A model generated the notes under the pieces. It ran no database searches. It was not told the origin of the DNA and saw only the letters and a program-made list of their open reading frames with translations. DNA of 64,000 nucleotides from Camelus ferus (taxonomy: Eukaryota), in NCBI RefSeq assembly GCF_009834535.1, contig NC_045696.1, positions 118,670,001 through 118,734,000 of the forward strand, given 5' to 3'. Position 1 is the first letter of the stretch. Each line of letters begins with the position of its first letter. Shown piece by piece: positions 38,501-51,978 of the stretch. Made by a program: the position numbers and the translations under genes.

Positions 38501-40882
38501 CTCCCCAATAAGTGGGGAGCATCAGCAGACACACTTCTGGCTCAAAAAAAAAAAAAAAAAAATCAGTTACGTAGCTGGGAGTCCAAACCTGTCCAAACTG
38601 GGGGCGCTTTTCAACCTGTGCCTGGACGTGGGGGTGTGACTCCCGGTTTTCACTCAATTATTTAAGTGAAGGTTTATGTACTCAGAGGAGAAATTTGTGT
38701 TTGAAAGTTTGCAAGACTTCTAAAATAATCCTCTCTTCTAGGCTTTCTTTTGTGGTGACAAGATGAAAGATCCTGTGAGCAGAACAACACTTACTTATCA
38801 AAGTCAAATCTCATGCGCATGTTTTTGAGCCCAATACAAATTAGCAACTCTTCGTATGACTAAGAACTCTGCGCCTTACGATAACTGTAAACACACGAAG
38901 CAGAGATCAAGGGGGATCTAAAATAAGCACCTGCCACCGAAGGGCAGTGTGGGCAGGCGGCAGTCATTGCGAAACCGAGAGAGAATAGGTGCGTGCTTCT
39001 GAAGGTCTTTAAACCCAGAGCAACGCGGACCATTTCTCAGGGGTGGTCCCCCACCTCTCCCAGCAAAATCCTGAACAGACAAGACTCTTCAGCCTTTTCA
39101 ATACAAGCAAATCTACCCCTTCCTGAAATCAAGCAGGAAAGCAACACAAAAGCGTGTGAGGCTAGGCATGATCAAATTTCCTAAACCAACGAAGCTGGAA
39201 AGAACTGATCATAACTCAAGTTATGTTAAATTAATACACAGTTCTGGTTTTCCAAGAAATGTGGTTTCAAATTCTGATAGTCCACAATTCTCATAGCAAT
39301 CAACACATGCGTTGAATAGAATCTAACACTTAAAGAAGAGGACAGACTGGCAGAGAGGAGGGAAGGGGAGGTCCTACCAGAGGCACAGCCTATGAAAATC
39401 CATGCAGAAGCACACAGGGATGGGGAGGGCAGCCCGGGACCAGGCTGGGCGAGCACCCGCATGTCCACGGCTTTCTCGCTGCTCCCACGACTGTCCTCTG
39501 CACACAGCTACTGTCGTCCTCACCTTAGAGCCCTGCTTCTCCCCCTTCCACAAAAAAAACCAGGGGCTCCCCATCACCTCGCAAACCGACTTCAGGCTCC
39601 TGAGTAGCACACAGTAGGTACTCAATGCATCTGACTGTGCGTGGTCACTTTCATGTGCCCTGTTTGATTTGAACGTTCCAGAAGGCAAAAACCAGTCTTG
39701 CTTAGTTTGCAAAATTTTGGTTTATAACAGCTCTCACAAGCACCTTCTGCAGAGTAGAAGTTCAAAACATTTATATTAAATAAATGAACAGATTCCTTAA
39801 GTAATTTTTTTTATATAATATTGGCAAAATGGGTGAGCCCGTTGGCCGAGACCCTTGCACGGGAAGTTAGAGGCTGATAGACTTGCTAAGCTATTCAGTA
39901 ATCTTGTGCAGGGCAGTGACGTGATAGAAATGGTACTTGGAGTAACTTGCTTCAGTCATGGTTGTAAGTCCAGAAAGGACTGGAAGTAGAAAGAATACTT
40001 TGCTAACAATGTTTTGCTAACAAGATGAGAAAACAAGATGAGGGTTTTTATCTATGGATTAGTCACTAATGTGTATATTCTGCAATACACACCAAAGGAG
40101 AAAACTGGCCCATGTATCTTTGCTTTTCATCTATTTTAAACGAGTTCATTTCTGAGATAAGAGATGACTCTTTTTTTAAGGTGAGGTAACAGTTATAGTT
40201 TCAATTTTAAAGAACAGCAACCAAAACTTAGAAATTTAAGGACAGGTATTCTCATTTATGAATTACAAATATTCTCCACACTAGGATCTTCCAAACTGAC
40301 ACTCAAACAAAATCTGAAAACTGAAAGAACTCCATCTCGCCTACTTGTATTACACTGTAGAACACTTGACTTCTTTTTTTATCACAACTAAAATTAATTA
40401 AACGGTTGTTCGCGGAAGGAGAATTTTATAATCTTGTGTAACATTTGGATGTTAAATGAATGAACTCATCAGCATTTGAAAATGCCAGTGCATTCAAAAT
40501 CGAAGGAGGCTGTAACCGGTGGTCACTCTCCTTTCTAAGAATATGCAGTTTTTTTCTCCACCCAGGCCCCACCTCTCCTACCAGGTGCTAGAAAGTCGTC
40601 ACAGGTCACACGGAGGAAGAAGTCCAGGCGGAGGGTTTCAGTCGAGGCTGCACGTTAGAAACGCTGGGAACTCTTAACAGCTATGAATTCTTAAGCCACG
40701 GCCCAGACCACGTCAATATATTTTAAAGCATCCCCTCCAACTGGGGGGGGGGGTGGTCCTGCGATCCAGGCCTGAGACATGTCATAGCTGATGTTCTTGA
40801 CAGAGAACCAAAAAGATGAAACAGTTCAGGGGGACATGATATGACGCTGCTAAGTAAAGAAAAGCAACGAGCTGTCACTTAC

Positions 40883-40958
40883 CCGCCTTCTGACAGTGTA
40901 CGATCTTCTCATACACAGCGTCCGCATTTTCGATCAATGCCTTGAGGGACTGGATCAT
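40883..40958 (-). CDS. PLCL2: PLCL2 third-last coding exon (76 nt): MIQSLKALIENADAVYEKIVHCQKA + 1 nt
   Basis: The minus strand reads tttcctttgcag|ATG ATC CAG...AAG GCG G|gtaagt. Its phase-1 end joins the CC at the start of the next exon to give GCC (Ala). The peptide matches my recollection of the PLCL2 C-terminal region. It is absent from the ORF track because it is short. Confidence 0.93.
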
Positions 40959-43900
40959 CTGCAAAGGAAACATCCAGACACGAGGTCACGCCCGACAGCA
41001 GGACCCGGGGGTCTGTGCTCGTGCCCGAGGCTCCTCCCTGAACACGGCGGACGGATGAGGCAACCCGGCCCCTCGCCTGACACCCCACTACTCAAGTTCA
41101 AACGCCAACGGTGAAGTCACGCCTCCCCACACAACGGCTTAAATGGGGCTGTGAGGAGTGAGTACCAGGTGTAGTGGGGCTTGTACAACACCAGATCGGA
41201 ACCCGGCCGCTACTGAGCGGAGTTCGTTTCCATGGGACAAGCTGCCCATAAGTACGTGCACACCTCGGATCTAGCCATCGTCTTAACAGAACCTCCCACT
41301 TCACCGAGTGTTAAGCACCTACACGCCTCACTCGCTGCAGCCACGATGCCTTCGCCCGAACATTAGTCTAAAACCTCCCATGAGGATCAGAGAACTGCGT
41401 TTATTTGACGCATCACAAATGATCTCACTCAGACTAGGGTTTTTAATGTTCCTGTCAGTGATTTTAAAATAGTCAGTTTTGAGTTCTTGTTCCAAGTTGC
41501 AATGTGCTTGTTTTAAGGGCCAAACCTTGAATAAGGAAAAGGATCAGGGCACGGCTGACCAATTATTTTACTCACTAAAATGCTGGGAAAAGATCTGTCT
41601 GAAGAAATCTTTTGGCTCTGAAATGACAAGGAAAATAGGACAAACAGACTCAGTCTCGTGGCTCAAATAGGTACAACCAGGACGCCGGCCATAAGTGCAG
41701 ACTGTAGCTTTTTGTATTTAAATGTTCAAACCCTTAACACTGTATTATTACTCATCTATCTTCCATGACCATCCTGTTTTCAATAACAAATACCGATCCT
41801 TCATTCTCCATCCCTTTAAATTCTGCCTTCTTTTGCTTTATAGTGTTAACTGCCATAGTAATGATTCTATAGAAATTAAATATAGTTAGGGTGGGTTATT
41901 TATATAACTCAAAGAACACCATATTTTATTAGTTATTCTTATTTAAACTAAAGTACAATCCACACGCCTCCTAAGCACACCAGAGCCTTAAAGTGAGTCA
42001 CACGGCATTTATCCACTTCCACTGTTCTAAGAAAATTATAGTAAACACTGTGAGGTTTGAAGCCCAGAGCCAGTGTTCACTTCTGCCTTTATTCATTATT
42101 CACAGAAGACCCTACAGGCAGCCCCTGATAGGAATGGGGGACACAGTGACCCACAGGACTATAGCCCTGTCTTCAAGAAGTCCACAGCCCAGTGTCAGGG
42201 CTCACACCCCGGGATTCTGCATATTCATTCTTCAAACTGAGTCATCCCTATAAAATTAAAATATTCTACTTCACAGCTTGACATACTGAACAGGCAGCGA
42301 TAAAAATGAATAGTTAACAACTCAGTAACGCCGATATAAAGTCATTTGTCCCATCATGCGATCTGCATACTGAAAAGGTTCATGCTGTCATCAGTAACCT
42401 TTTCCAGCTTTGATGTCAAGCCAAATAGGAGACAGGAAGAAACAAGGACTTCTTCCAGCAAGGATGGTGCCTGTCACAGCTCAGTATCACGGAACTGCTC
42501 AACCGTGCCTCTATCATTCAAACGGGGAAAGAAAGAGCAAGGAGATGAACCTGGTCACGAAGCCACCAGGCAGGACAGGAGCAACAGCAGAAGGGGTATG
42601 AGAGGACGACACTGAGCACCGGCTCACGCAGACAACCTGCGAGGGACAGTGTCCAGACGGACTCACGCTGCAGGTGGTACAGGGGCGGAATGAGAGCCGA
42701 TTTACACGGCTTCCTTAACTCCGTCCTCTAAGATGAGATATTAAACGTCATGGAGCCACAATCTCCCACTTGCAAACTGAGTTTCATACAAGACCTTTCC
42801 CTCCTAGTGCTGGGGGCTTAGAGGAGAGGGTGCAGGTGGCTGGAACTTGCCGGAGATGTCACGGTGGACTCCCCCCGACCTGGGGGCCTGGCTGAGCACC
42901 TTCTGGAAGCCCAGAATTAGCTGAATGAGGATGCCTTCATACGCTTGCTGGCACCATTTCACACACCCGTTACTGATATTACTTTTACTTGAAAAGCCTG
43001 GCATGACGAATCTCAGAGGAACAACCGATCGCACTGTTTTCTTAGAATCATCTTCCAGCTCAAGGTATCGCCAAAGGCTAAACAGCGCTGCACCGAGGAA
43101 CTGTCAGACACGCCAGGCTTAAGAAATGCACGTCCATCTCCAGGGTCAGGAGGGGACGCCCACCTGCCCCCTGTGCTCGGTCCTACCTGGGGGACCAGTC
43201 CTTTATTCTGGGGACCATCCTGTATGAGGCTCTGAGTGTGGGACCCTGAGCTTGGGGCTGAGAACACGTGAAGGACAGAAAGACCCGGGTCCACCAGCAA
43301 ACAGTAATCACAGTGGAATTAGCAGTGCCACCACTGCCCACATACACGCTCCTGGAGGGGACAAAGCTGGGGCAGGGCGGTGGGAGGGTTCACGCTCCGC
43401 CTGCGGCTGGGACCTCAGTACACAGGTCTTCTCCCCGTAATGCGGGGGAGGCGCCCCCTGCCTAAAATAAACACCCCTGGGAGTGAACAGCAGCAGCATC
43501 CACGGAGCGCGCTGGAGGGGACTCCAGAAGCACCAGCCTAGGAGGAGGCGGGCACGCGGCAGACCCATCAGCAACACTTCAGCAAGGCGGGGAGAAAACA
43601 CATCCAGACCTCGTGGAAATGATGCACTCTGTCAGTGAATGTTTTCACCACTGCCTTTGCGAGGAGGAACTGCCAGTTTCTATCTTTTTACAGTTGCAGG
43701 GTACATATTTATAACGAAGTTACTCTATGGTAACCCACTGACAGCTCGTGTTCATAGCGTGAGTTCATCAACCCTCAGCTCTTGGGGTATTTGCCTGAGT
43801 TCTCGTCCAGGTGTTCTTCTGGGACCTCTCTGGACCATGAGATGCTGTGAGTGCTCTGGTTAAAGGTGCAGCAGGTCGAGAGGGCAGGGCTGCCCCCGGC

Positions 43901-44099
43901 CTCCCTGCCCGCCGGCCGTCTTGTTCTCAGCCAGCCAACAGTGATGACAGCCCCCCTGGGGACACAGCAGGGACAACACGGGGCTGCATCGGATCTGGGG
44001 GTGGGTGGAATCTCTGGCTGGGTCGGCTGCTTTATAACGAGATGCGACTATAAATAGCACAAGTGTTGGGTGAATGAGTCAAAACGAAAGTAATTCAGC

Positions 44100-44305
44100 G
44101 CCTCCTCGGCACCAGGTACGTGCTTGGCGTTCTCTGTTTCCCTTAATGCTCACCAGGTCTGTGCGGGCTGCGTGTTTGTGGTGCTGGTTTCACAGATGTG
44201 AACACTGAGGACCTGAGAGTGGAGCGGCTTTCTCAAGGTCGCCAGGAGTTACGGGCAAAGGGCTGTAATAATGAACAGTGGAGCTGGTATCCGTCTGACT
44301 CACAG
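44100..44305 (-). mobile_element. MIR fragment
   Basis: tttcacagatgtgaacactgaggacctgagagtggagcggctttctcaaggtcgc. Confidence 0.55.
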
Positions 44306-46445
44306 TCACCGCTGTTTCCACGACACCACAATGGGTCTTGACACACGAGAGGCAGCAACGGCGTGGAGGAGGCGAGGACAGCACATTCCTACCAGAAGCG
44401 TGGGCGGGAGCAGAGGAGACTTTCCCGGCTCCTGCCACGAACCACACACAGCACGTGGCATCCTGTCCACTACTGACATGGGCCCAGAAGGGTGTCTGTA
44501 AATAATATTTCTATAAAGCACTCTGGGAAAACATTTTTCTAAAATGACAACAACAGACCATTCACTTGGCTCCACTTAACAATTCATTTACTCAAAACCA
44601 GAAGCCATTTAATATTTAATGTGAAACCACTAGAAAAAGCATCCGAGACTAGCCAAAGCAGACACGTGGGGAGAGACATCAGGAGATGAGTCAAAAGGAA
44701 AAAGGACTTTAAGTTATCTTACTTTCTTAATTAAAATGTCAATATAACGCAAGGTCCAGTAGAGTGGCCGGTTTTGTAAGCATTATCTGCATTAATGCAA
44801 ATGCATTAAACTCATGTCCCTTTAAAGGCACAGGTGTGCATCTCAGCACTGCAATCAGATATCGTGCTGCCGGTGGTAGTAACTCACCACGTGAGACCTC
44901 ACATTGTTTACGAAGTAGAAGATGCTTCGATGTATTTGTTAATGGACTTCAGTGTCCAGTTACCAGTACCTCCTAAATTTCTGCAACTCATGCATTAGGA
45001 AAACTTAGAGATTTAACATAGCCCAGAAGCCCATTTCATAAATTTGATCAATTTTAATACAAGGTTTTAATACAGGACTCAAGCAGGTGAAAAGAAGAAA
45101 TTAATATTCACATGTTACTAAGCTGGAGAGAAACCAGAAGTGCCTTTCCTAAGAACGCTCTGTTTTGAAAGTCACGCCCCCTGTTAGTACAAGGCCAACT
45201 TCCCTGTTTATAGACGTGGTTAGGAGAACTACCACGACGTTAATGTATTTTATTTTACTAGATTTCTGTAGACCACGTCTTTATTTTCTGTTTTGAAACC
45301 TGCACATCAAGTGGGAAGATTCTGTTTTCAGAATAAGCAAGTCTGTGGTTTTACGGGAGGATCTCAGGTCTGGTTTTGGACAGTACCCCAAATTCCCTGT
45401 CACCCCAGGGACACAGATTTTGATCATCACAAAAGTAATTTGCTAATAATGTTAAGTCCCTGGGTGACGGACGCTTAATGATAACTGTAATAGCATCTTC
45501 CGAGTTCCAGGTTTCTTCCCCTTCATCATGCTTTGTCCCTCAGCTTCAGGCAGAAAAGGCCTCCCCCTGCGTTCCTCCTTCTCCCAACCCCATCTTCACA
45601 CCCGGATGCGGCTGGGGCTTGGGCTGTGGCTGCTTCTAATGAAGTTACGAAGTCTGAGAAGTGCTAAGGTTGTCATAAAAGAGAGTGCCTAGACAGCAAA
45701 AAAGGTTTCTCCTTTTACAGATTCGGTGACTGTGGGACACCTAACAAGTAAACATCTTCCCAAACTCAAATAGTTGGGCAGCATTCTCAAACTTGCCAGT
45801 GGACTCATAAAAATGATACATGCCCCCCACCCCATCCCGCCATGAACACCCTGGAGCTCCAAGGTCAGTGGATGCCCAGGTGGCAGGTGTGACTCAGGGA
45901 AGATGCTGGGAGGACCAGACCACAGCAGGACGTGCCTCTCAGGACCCTAGGGGTTGATAACAAAACAGCACATGGAAATCACGGGTCCTGTCTTCAGAAG
46001 ACAAACCAGTTTAACGCAAAGCCGTATTTCCTGTCCCAATTCCACAGAGAATTCGGCGGCCTCTAAAGCTCAGTGTCACCATTGTGCTACACAGCCTTAC
46101 GCTCCCTAACGCTGAGAATGGACAGAATATAAAGGTGAAATTCCCCAGGACTTTGTAAGCTTTGGTGCTTTTCTCTGTGCTCTGGAAAGTAACATCCTCT
46201 CTGCGTTAACAACTCTTCTTTTTAACATTTTACAGTAAGTATCACTGTGGGTGAAGAATTTTCGAATCAAATGCAGAACACTGGGATTCGGGACTTCTAA
46301 ACTGAAATTCAGAGGCAACACTTCCTTTTGCTAAAGCTTCCGAAGTGCAGCAAAACGTCACAGAGCTGAACTAATGGAAGAGAAACCATTTATGAAGTTA
46401 CTGTTGAAAATCACAAGGCAGCTTTTTAATATTTTAATACTTTTT

Positions 46446-46630
46446 AATAGATAAACAAGATTATACTGTATAGCACAGGGAAATGTATACAAGATTTTGT
46501 GGTAGCTCACAGCGAAAAATACGTGACAATGAATATATGTATGTTCACGTGTAACTGAAAAATTGTGCTCTACACTGGAATTTGACACAGCATTGTAAAA
46601 TGACTATAACTCAATAAAAAATGTTAAAAA
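46446..46630 (+). mobile_element. Young camelid-type L1 3' end
   Basis: gataaacaagattatactgtatagcacagggaaa...gactataactcaataaaaaatgttaaaaaa, with TSD core aatacttt. Confidence 0.9.
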
Positions 46631-46914
46631 ATACTTTAAAATAATTTTTTATTAAGTATTTTTTATTTTTAAAATATTTAGATATTTTAAAATAATTTTT
46701 ATATTAAATCACATGTTTGAACTGGAGTGCAGAAGTCACAGGGTTGTGGGGGTCTCTGCCCAGCTGCACACTACAATTGTAGCTAGTCCCTGCATCTCCC
46801 ACATTCTGCTGTGGGGACCGGGCAGGGAGAGGGTACTCTCCAGGGGCCGAGGTGCACCAGGTCATAATAGCTGTGGTCACCATCCCTTCCAGCAAGGTCA
46901 CTGGGAAAATACCT

Positions 46915-47357
46915 TATTTTCTTTTTAAATTGAAGTATAGTCGATTTACAATTTCTGGTGTACAGGATCGTGATTCATTTACCCATATATATATTCCTTT
47001 TCATATTCTTTTTCATGATAGGTTATTACAAAGTATTGTATATAGTTCTCTGTGCTATACAGTAGGACCCTGTTGTGTATCTATTTTATATATAATAAAT
47101 CTCAGACTCCCAATTTATCCCTCCACCCCCCTTCCCCCACCCCTGTAACCATAAGTTTGTTTTCTATGTCTGTGAGTCTTTCTGTTTTGTAAATAAGTTC
47201 CTTTGTGTCATTTTTTTTTTTAGATTCCACATATAAGTGATATCATACGGTATTTGTCTTTCTCCAACTTACATCACTTAGAATGACAATCTTCAGGTCC
47301 ATCCATGTTGCTACAAATGGCATTATTTTACTCTTTTTTATGGCTGAGTAGTATTCC

Positions 47358-47413
<56 letters not shown>

Positions 47414-47590
47414 CCACAGCTACTTTATCCAACCATCTATTGTTGGACATCTGAGTTACTTCCATGTCTTGGCTGTTGTATACAGTGCTGCTGTGAATAC
47501 TAGGGAGCATGTATCTTTTTGAATTACTTTTCTCTGGATATATGCCCAGGAGTGGGATTGTCGGATTATAGGGTAAGTCTATTTTCAGTG
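46915..47590 (-). mobile_element. 5'-truncated L1, ~675 bp
   Basis: ORF2 remnant LKIDLPYNPTIPLLGIYPEK and an antisense 3' UTR. Confidence 0.92.
47361..47410. repeat. Perfect (GT)25 microsatellite inside the L1
   Basis: Read directly. Confidence 0.97.
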
Positions 47591-48177
47591 AAAACACTTT
47601 CTAAATAACAAACTGTTTCCAGAGTAGCTTGTCCTAGTTTCCTCATGAAACGTCACTTCTATCTCCACATTTTTCACTATGCAAACTGTAGAAAGTTACA
47701 GGAAAAAAAATCCCATATACTAGAAAAATCACAGAAAGAACTCTGCCGGATGAAAAGCACTAGCAGACTGTTAACACACAGGCTGAGAGGAATGTATCTG
47801 GGCTCTGGCACGGAGGGACCCCTGCAGGCGTGCTGGGAGGGGCAGGATGTAAATCCACATCCACGGGAAATCTCCCCAGGCGCTAGCATCTCCACGAACT
47901 AGAGGAAAGCAGGGAATGTGGTTAGGAAATGGCCAGGCTGGCTAGAATACGGGGTTATGATTTTAAGTGGGGATGTGCTGGGATCAAAGTGAAATTTCAG
48001 GATTCTGAAAAAGGGTGAAGGAGGGGCTGGGGGTGCGGGTTTGATGGGGTGGGGCAGGAAGCAGGCAGGATGCAGGGGGGCTGGGAAAGAGAGGTGGGCT
48101 GGAAAGGGTGTGTAGGGAAGGATAGAGCCTGGCTCGGTGACCACACACTGTGCGCACAGAAGGAAAAGCCAAGGACA

Positions 48178-48430
48178 GGGCAGGAGGTGGGGGTATAGGT
48201 CAGCGGCACAGCGTGTGCTTAGCATTCACGAGGTCCTGGCTTCCATCCCCAGTCCCTCCATTAAAAAGTTAAATTAAATAAAATATTGGGGATAGGGGTA
48301 TATATAGCTCAGTGGTAGAGCACGTGCTTAGCCTCCATAAGGTCATGGGTTCAACTCCCAGTACCTCCATTAATAAATAAACAAACAAACCTGATTACCT
48401 ACCCCCTCCTGGGAAAAAAAAAAAAAAAAA
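48178..48430 (+). mobile_element. Two head-to-tail Vic-1-type SINE monomers within one TSD
   Basis: Two tRNA heads (~48188 and ~48290). Perfect 15-bp TSD gaaaagccaaggaca at 48163-48177 and 48431-48445. Confidence 0.88.
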
Positions 48431-51136
48431 GAAAAGCCAAGGACAAAGAAGGTAAAGGGGGCAGATGAGAAAGAGAAGACAGTGCCGCCCCCGGCAGTGG
48501 TGAGACTTGGAGGTTCCCAGAGTGTCACATGTTAGTGGCGCATCAGGATGTCATGTTCCACCGACCTGAGCACCACCTGGGAACTGTGGGAAAGCCTGGC
48601 TCTGGCCCTGGGACGCTGGGAATTTCCTGCGCTGAGGTAGCCGTTGAGATGAAAGGATGCCTACATCTCCGAGGGAAGAACGTTAAAGATAAATGAGATT
48701 AAGACCTCACGGTGATAGATGTTCCAGAATCACAAATTAACAAGCAGAGAGAACTCGCGTAAGAGACAGAGGGGGAGCAGCCAGGGGAGGGAGCCGAGCA
48801 AGGAGACTGGACCTTTCCAGGTGTGTGAGGAGACTTTCTGGAAGGTCCACAGTATTAGGGGCTTGGCCTCGGTCATCTGGTGATTCTGGACAAAGCTCCA
48901 GTCCCGAAGGTTCTGCTATGGTGGGACATATGACACATTTTTAGCTGCTCCTAAAAAACCACTGCACCAGGGAAAACACAAGGTTTGTGGCGGAAGTGGG
49001 GTTCGGGGCATCACACTCAGAAATTCTGCAGTGACACATTAAAAAAAAAAGCAGGGACAGAACGCAAGTGCTAGCACGGCCCCGTGCATGTCAGGTTAGG
49101 TAAGGAACGCCCAGTGCTACGGCGAATGTGGCATGTGGCACTGGACCCTGGAAAAGACTGGAGGGTCTTGCGGAAGGGGGCTCGGAGGGCTGCAGCCTGT
49201 GAGTTCCCCAGAAGAGGTGGAGGGAGGGGGTCTACAGCTGATGAAAGGTTGGACCTGAGAGGTGGGGGTGGGGTGGGTCAGGACATACTCGGAGAATGAG
49301 GCGGCCAAGGTTGGAGGGGTGTGTGTCTGTTCTGTTCACCCAGGTGCAGTGCTCTGGGCTTACAAGTGTCTCCCGTGGTCAAAACTGTGCACAAGCAAAC
49401 ATGAAATTCACCTGAGGGTAAAAACTGTTCCCTAATGTGTCAATCATATTCAAATAAATTCGCATTTTCAATACAAACGTTCTAGCAGAACTGACTATAA
49501 AAGGGAGAGTATTTCAAAATCTATGCAATCGCATTGCGGACTACAGTTAAACTCTCTGTATCTATCATACTCAACCTAAGGATGTTTCTAGTATCACATA
49601 AGCCAGCCTCGACCCTGTGCTCAACAATTTTCACCATCATTTCTTGCCAGAGGAGAGATGCCGAGTGCTGTACAAATCTGGAGCAAATTATGACGTAGGA
49701 CTGACCGAGGGTCCACATTCAGGAAGCCAAGAATTCTCCAGCTTTCCAACATGCTCTAACTTGTCACAAAGTTCACAGCAGAGCCAGGACTGTACGTACC
49801 TCAGGGGTGAGGAACGTGGCCCTCCTGTTACTTAACTTTTATCTAAGCACCGCTACCGTACTCTCATGCACCACGTTTCAGATCAGACCCTGGAAGGTAA
49901 CTTCCCGTCTCCTCGGCAAGGATCTAGCAGAATTTTCACACAATGAAAGCCCCCTCTACCACGTGTCATGATCACCATCTCCACCCACCGCTCCTCGCTC
50001 TAAATCAATACATAACCACAGTCACGCTTAGAAAGGGCTGCATCTCACAGCCCAATCTTCAAGTTTTATTTAAGCTGTAGTTCCAGAGGTGAACCACCAT
50101 GTACATATAAATGCAAAGAGACATGATGCTTGTTTTCCACAGGGTAACACAGGTTTTGCCTATATGTGCCTAAATAACCATTTAGATCCAGCATAAAACT
50201 CACGGAAATAAATTGTACCATGTAGTTAAAACAACCCAATTATTGCCCTAGGTTCTCATTTTCTACCAGTTGCTTTGGTGCCCAGTGTCCGCTCGGGGTG
50301 TTTCTGAGGGGTACTTCCAGTGTTAGCCACTAGAAGTCCTTAGTAATACACATTTGCTGGGCTGGAGGAGAGGAGAAAAGAGCAAAGATGAGAGAAAAAA
50401 CCAAAAAGAGGAACTTGAGGTGGGGGAAGCAGCACTATATAGAGGAATAAAAGAAAGGAAAAAAAAAAAAAAAAAGACAAAAATCACAGAGCCAGAGCTT
50501 AGAGGAATTCAAACAGAGAATGGGCCATTTGGATAAATGTGATTTATCCAAAACCATCTTTTAAATCAGATAGGAAAGTTTTATTTTATGCAGACAAGTG
50601 AATAAACTATAAAGCCACAATCAAACTTTTATGTGAAAGGAATTCACTCACATTTCTAGATTAATTGAGACTTAGCGTTACCAGACGTCTCCAGGTGTTC
50701 CCAAGCTGTGTAGCGCAGAGCAGCCGGGGGAAACAGAAAAGGGGTCTGGAAAAGCCGAGAGTTTCAATAAACCAAGAGATGAATGATGGACAGACTGTAA
50801 ACCGTTGGCAAAGTTTTCAAATTTCTGAATAGTTTTAGTTTCAGGAAGTACACAGAATTTCAGAAAGCTGCAAAGAAATTTTGGTTTTGATCTTGTATTG
50901 TTTCTGTTCCCCCAAGCAACACCACATTCAGCGAGAAAACAAAAATTGCTGAAGATTGAGCAACAAAACAGGACCTAAACTACCCTAAAAAGGAACCCCC
51001 CTCGCAGTGATAAAACTATCCAGAAAGACTGTATAGCATTTCCTACCGGTTCACGAATCACGTATCATGCTGTACTTCTCTGCATGGCGAGCACGTCTAC
51101 AGTAAGTTCACATGCACGCAAATCATAACAATCCTC

Positions 51137-51299
51137 ATTTTTTTTTTTTAAATTGAAGTACAGTTGGTGACAACGTGTCAGTCTCTGGTGCACAGCACAA
51201 TGTCCCAGTCTTGCATATACATGCATATATTCATTTTCATATTCTTTTCCACTAAAGGTTATTACAAGATATTGAGCATAGTTTCCTGTGCTATACAGA
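51137..51299 (-). mobile_element. L1 3'-end fragment
   Basis: Poly-T, then aattgaagtacagttggtgacaacgtgtcagtctctggtgcacagcac... Confidence 0.88.
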
Positions 51300-51857
51300 C
51301 CAAACTCTTTATTTTCTTTTCTCCATTGTATGATTGATCTCACGTGATCGGAAGTCCCGTCAGAAAAGAACACAGTGTGCTCTATGTCACTTTGTCCGTG
51401 ATCACGGTGGGAAGCCTTCTGCAACATTCGCACACCGAACAGGCTACCTTACAGCGCGCGATGAACCGTTCTGCACGTGGTTGCCCCCAGGATGCGCACA
51501 CACAAACCCCTCCTCTAAGGGGCCTTTGGTCACACTGCCTCAACACTGTCCAGCGCCTCTCCAGTTTTCTAACACTATGATCACGAGATGCTTATGCGAC
51601 AGCCTTAGACCACCTCAGACAGCAAGAAATGTAAGCTCACCTTGTGCTCAAAGCCCCTCTCTGGTCAGCAGAGCAGGAAGGGATGTGAGCTAGTGAGGGA
51701 CCGAGCAGCTGGGGAAGGACTAGGCTTGGGGGAGCTGGGGCGGCCTGGTGGGGATAGAGTCTGCGGCCGGCCACTGGCTTCTGCCTCTAGTAAATGCCTG
51801 GAAAGAGAGAAGGCAGGGCCAGGGCACTGCTGTGACTCCCTTGGTCTTGACAGTTTT

Positions 51858-51978
51858 AAGGTTTTGGGGGGAGGTAATCAGGGTTACTTATTTATTTTTA
51901 GAGGTGGCACTGGGGATGGGACCCAGGACCCTGTGTATGCTAAGCATGTGCTCTACCACTTGAGCTATATCCTCCCCC
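51858..51978 (-). mobile_element. Vic-1-type SINE
   Basis: Antisense tRNA head. TSD ggtcttgacagtttt / ggtcctgacagtgtt at 51843-51857 and 51979-51993. Confidence 0.9.

Noticed and set aside
42238..45896. Cluster of four TGA(G/C)TCA AP-1 motifs
   Set aside because: The 7-mer is scattered through the whole window at roughly chance frequency, so the clustering is not convincing.
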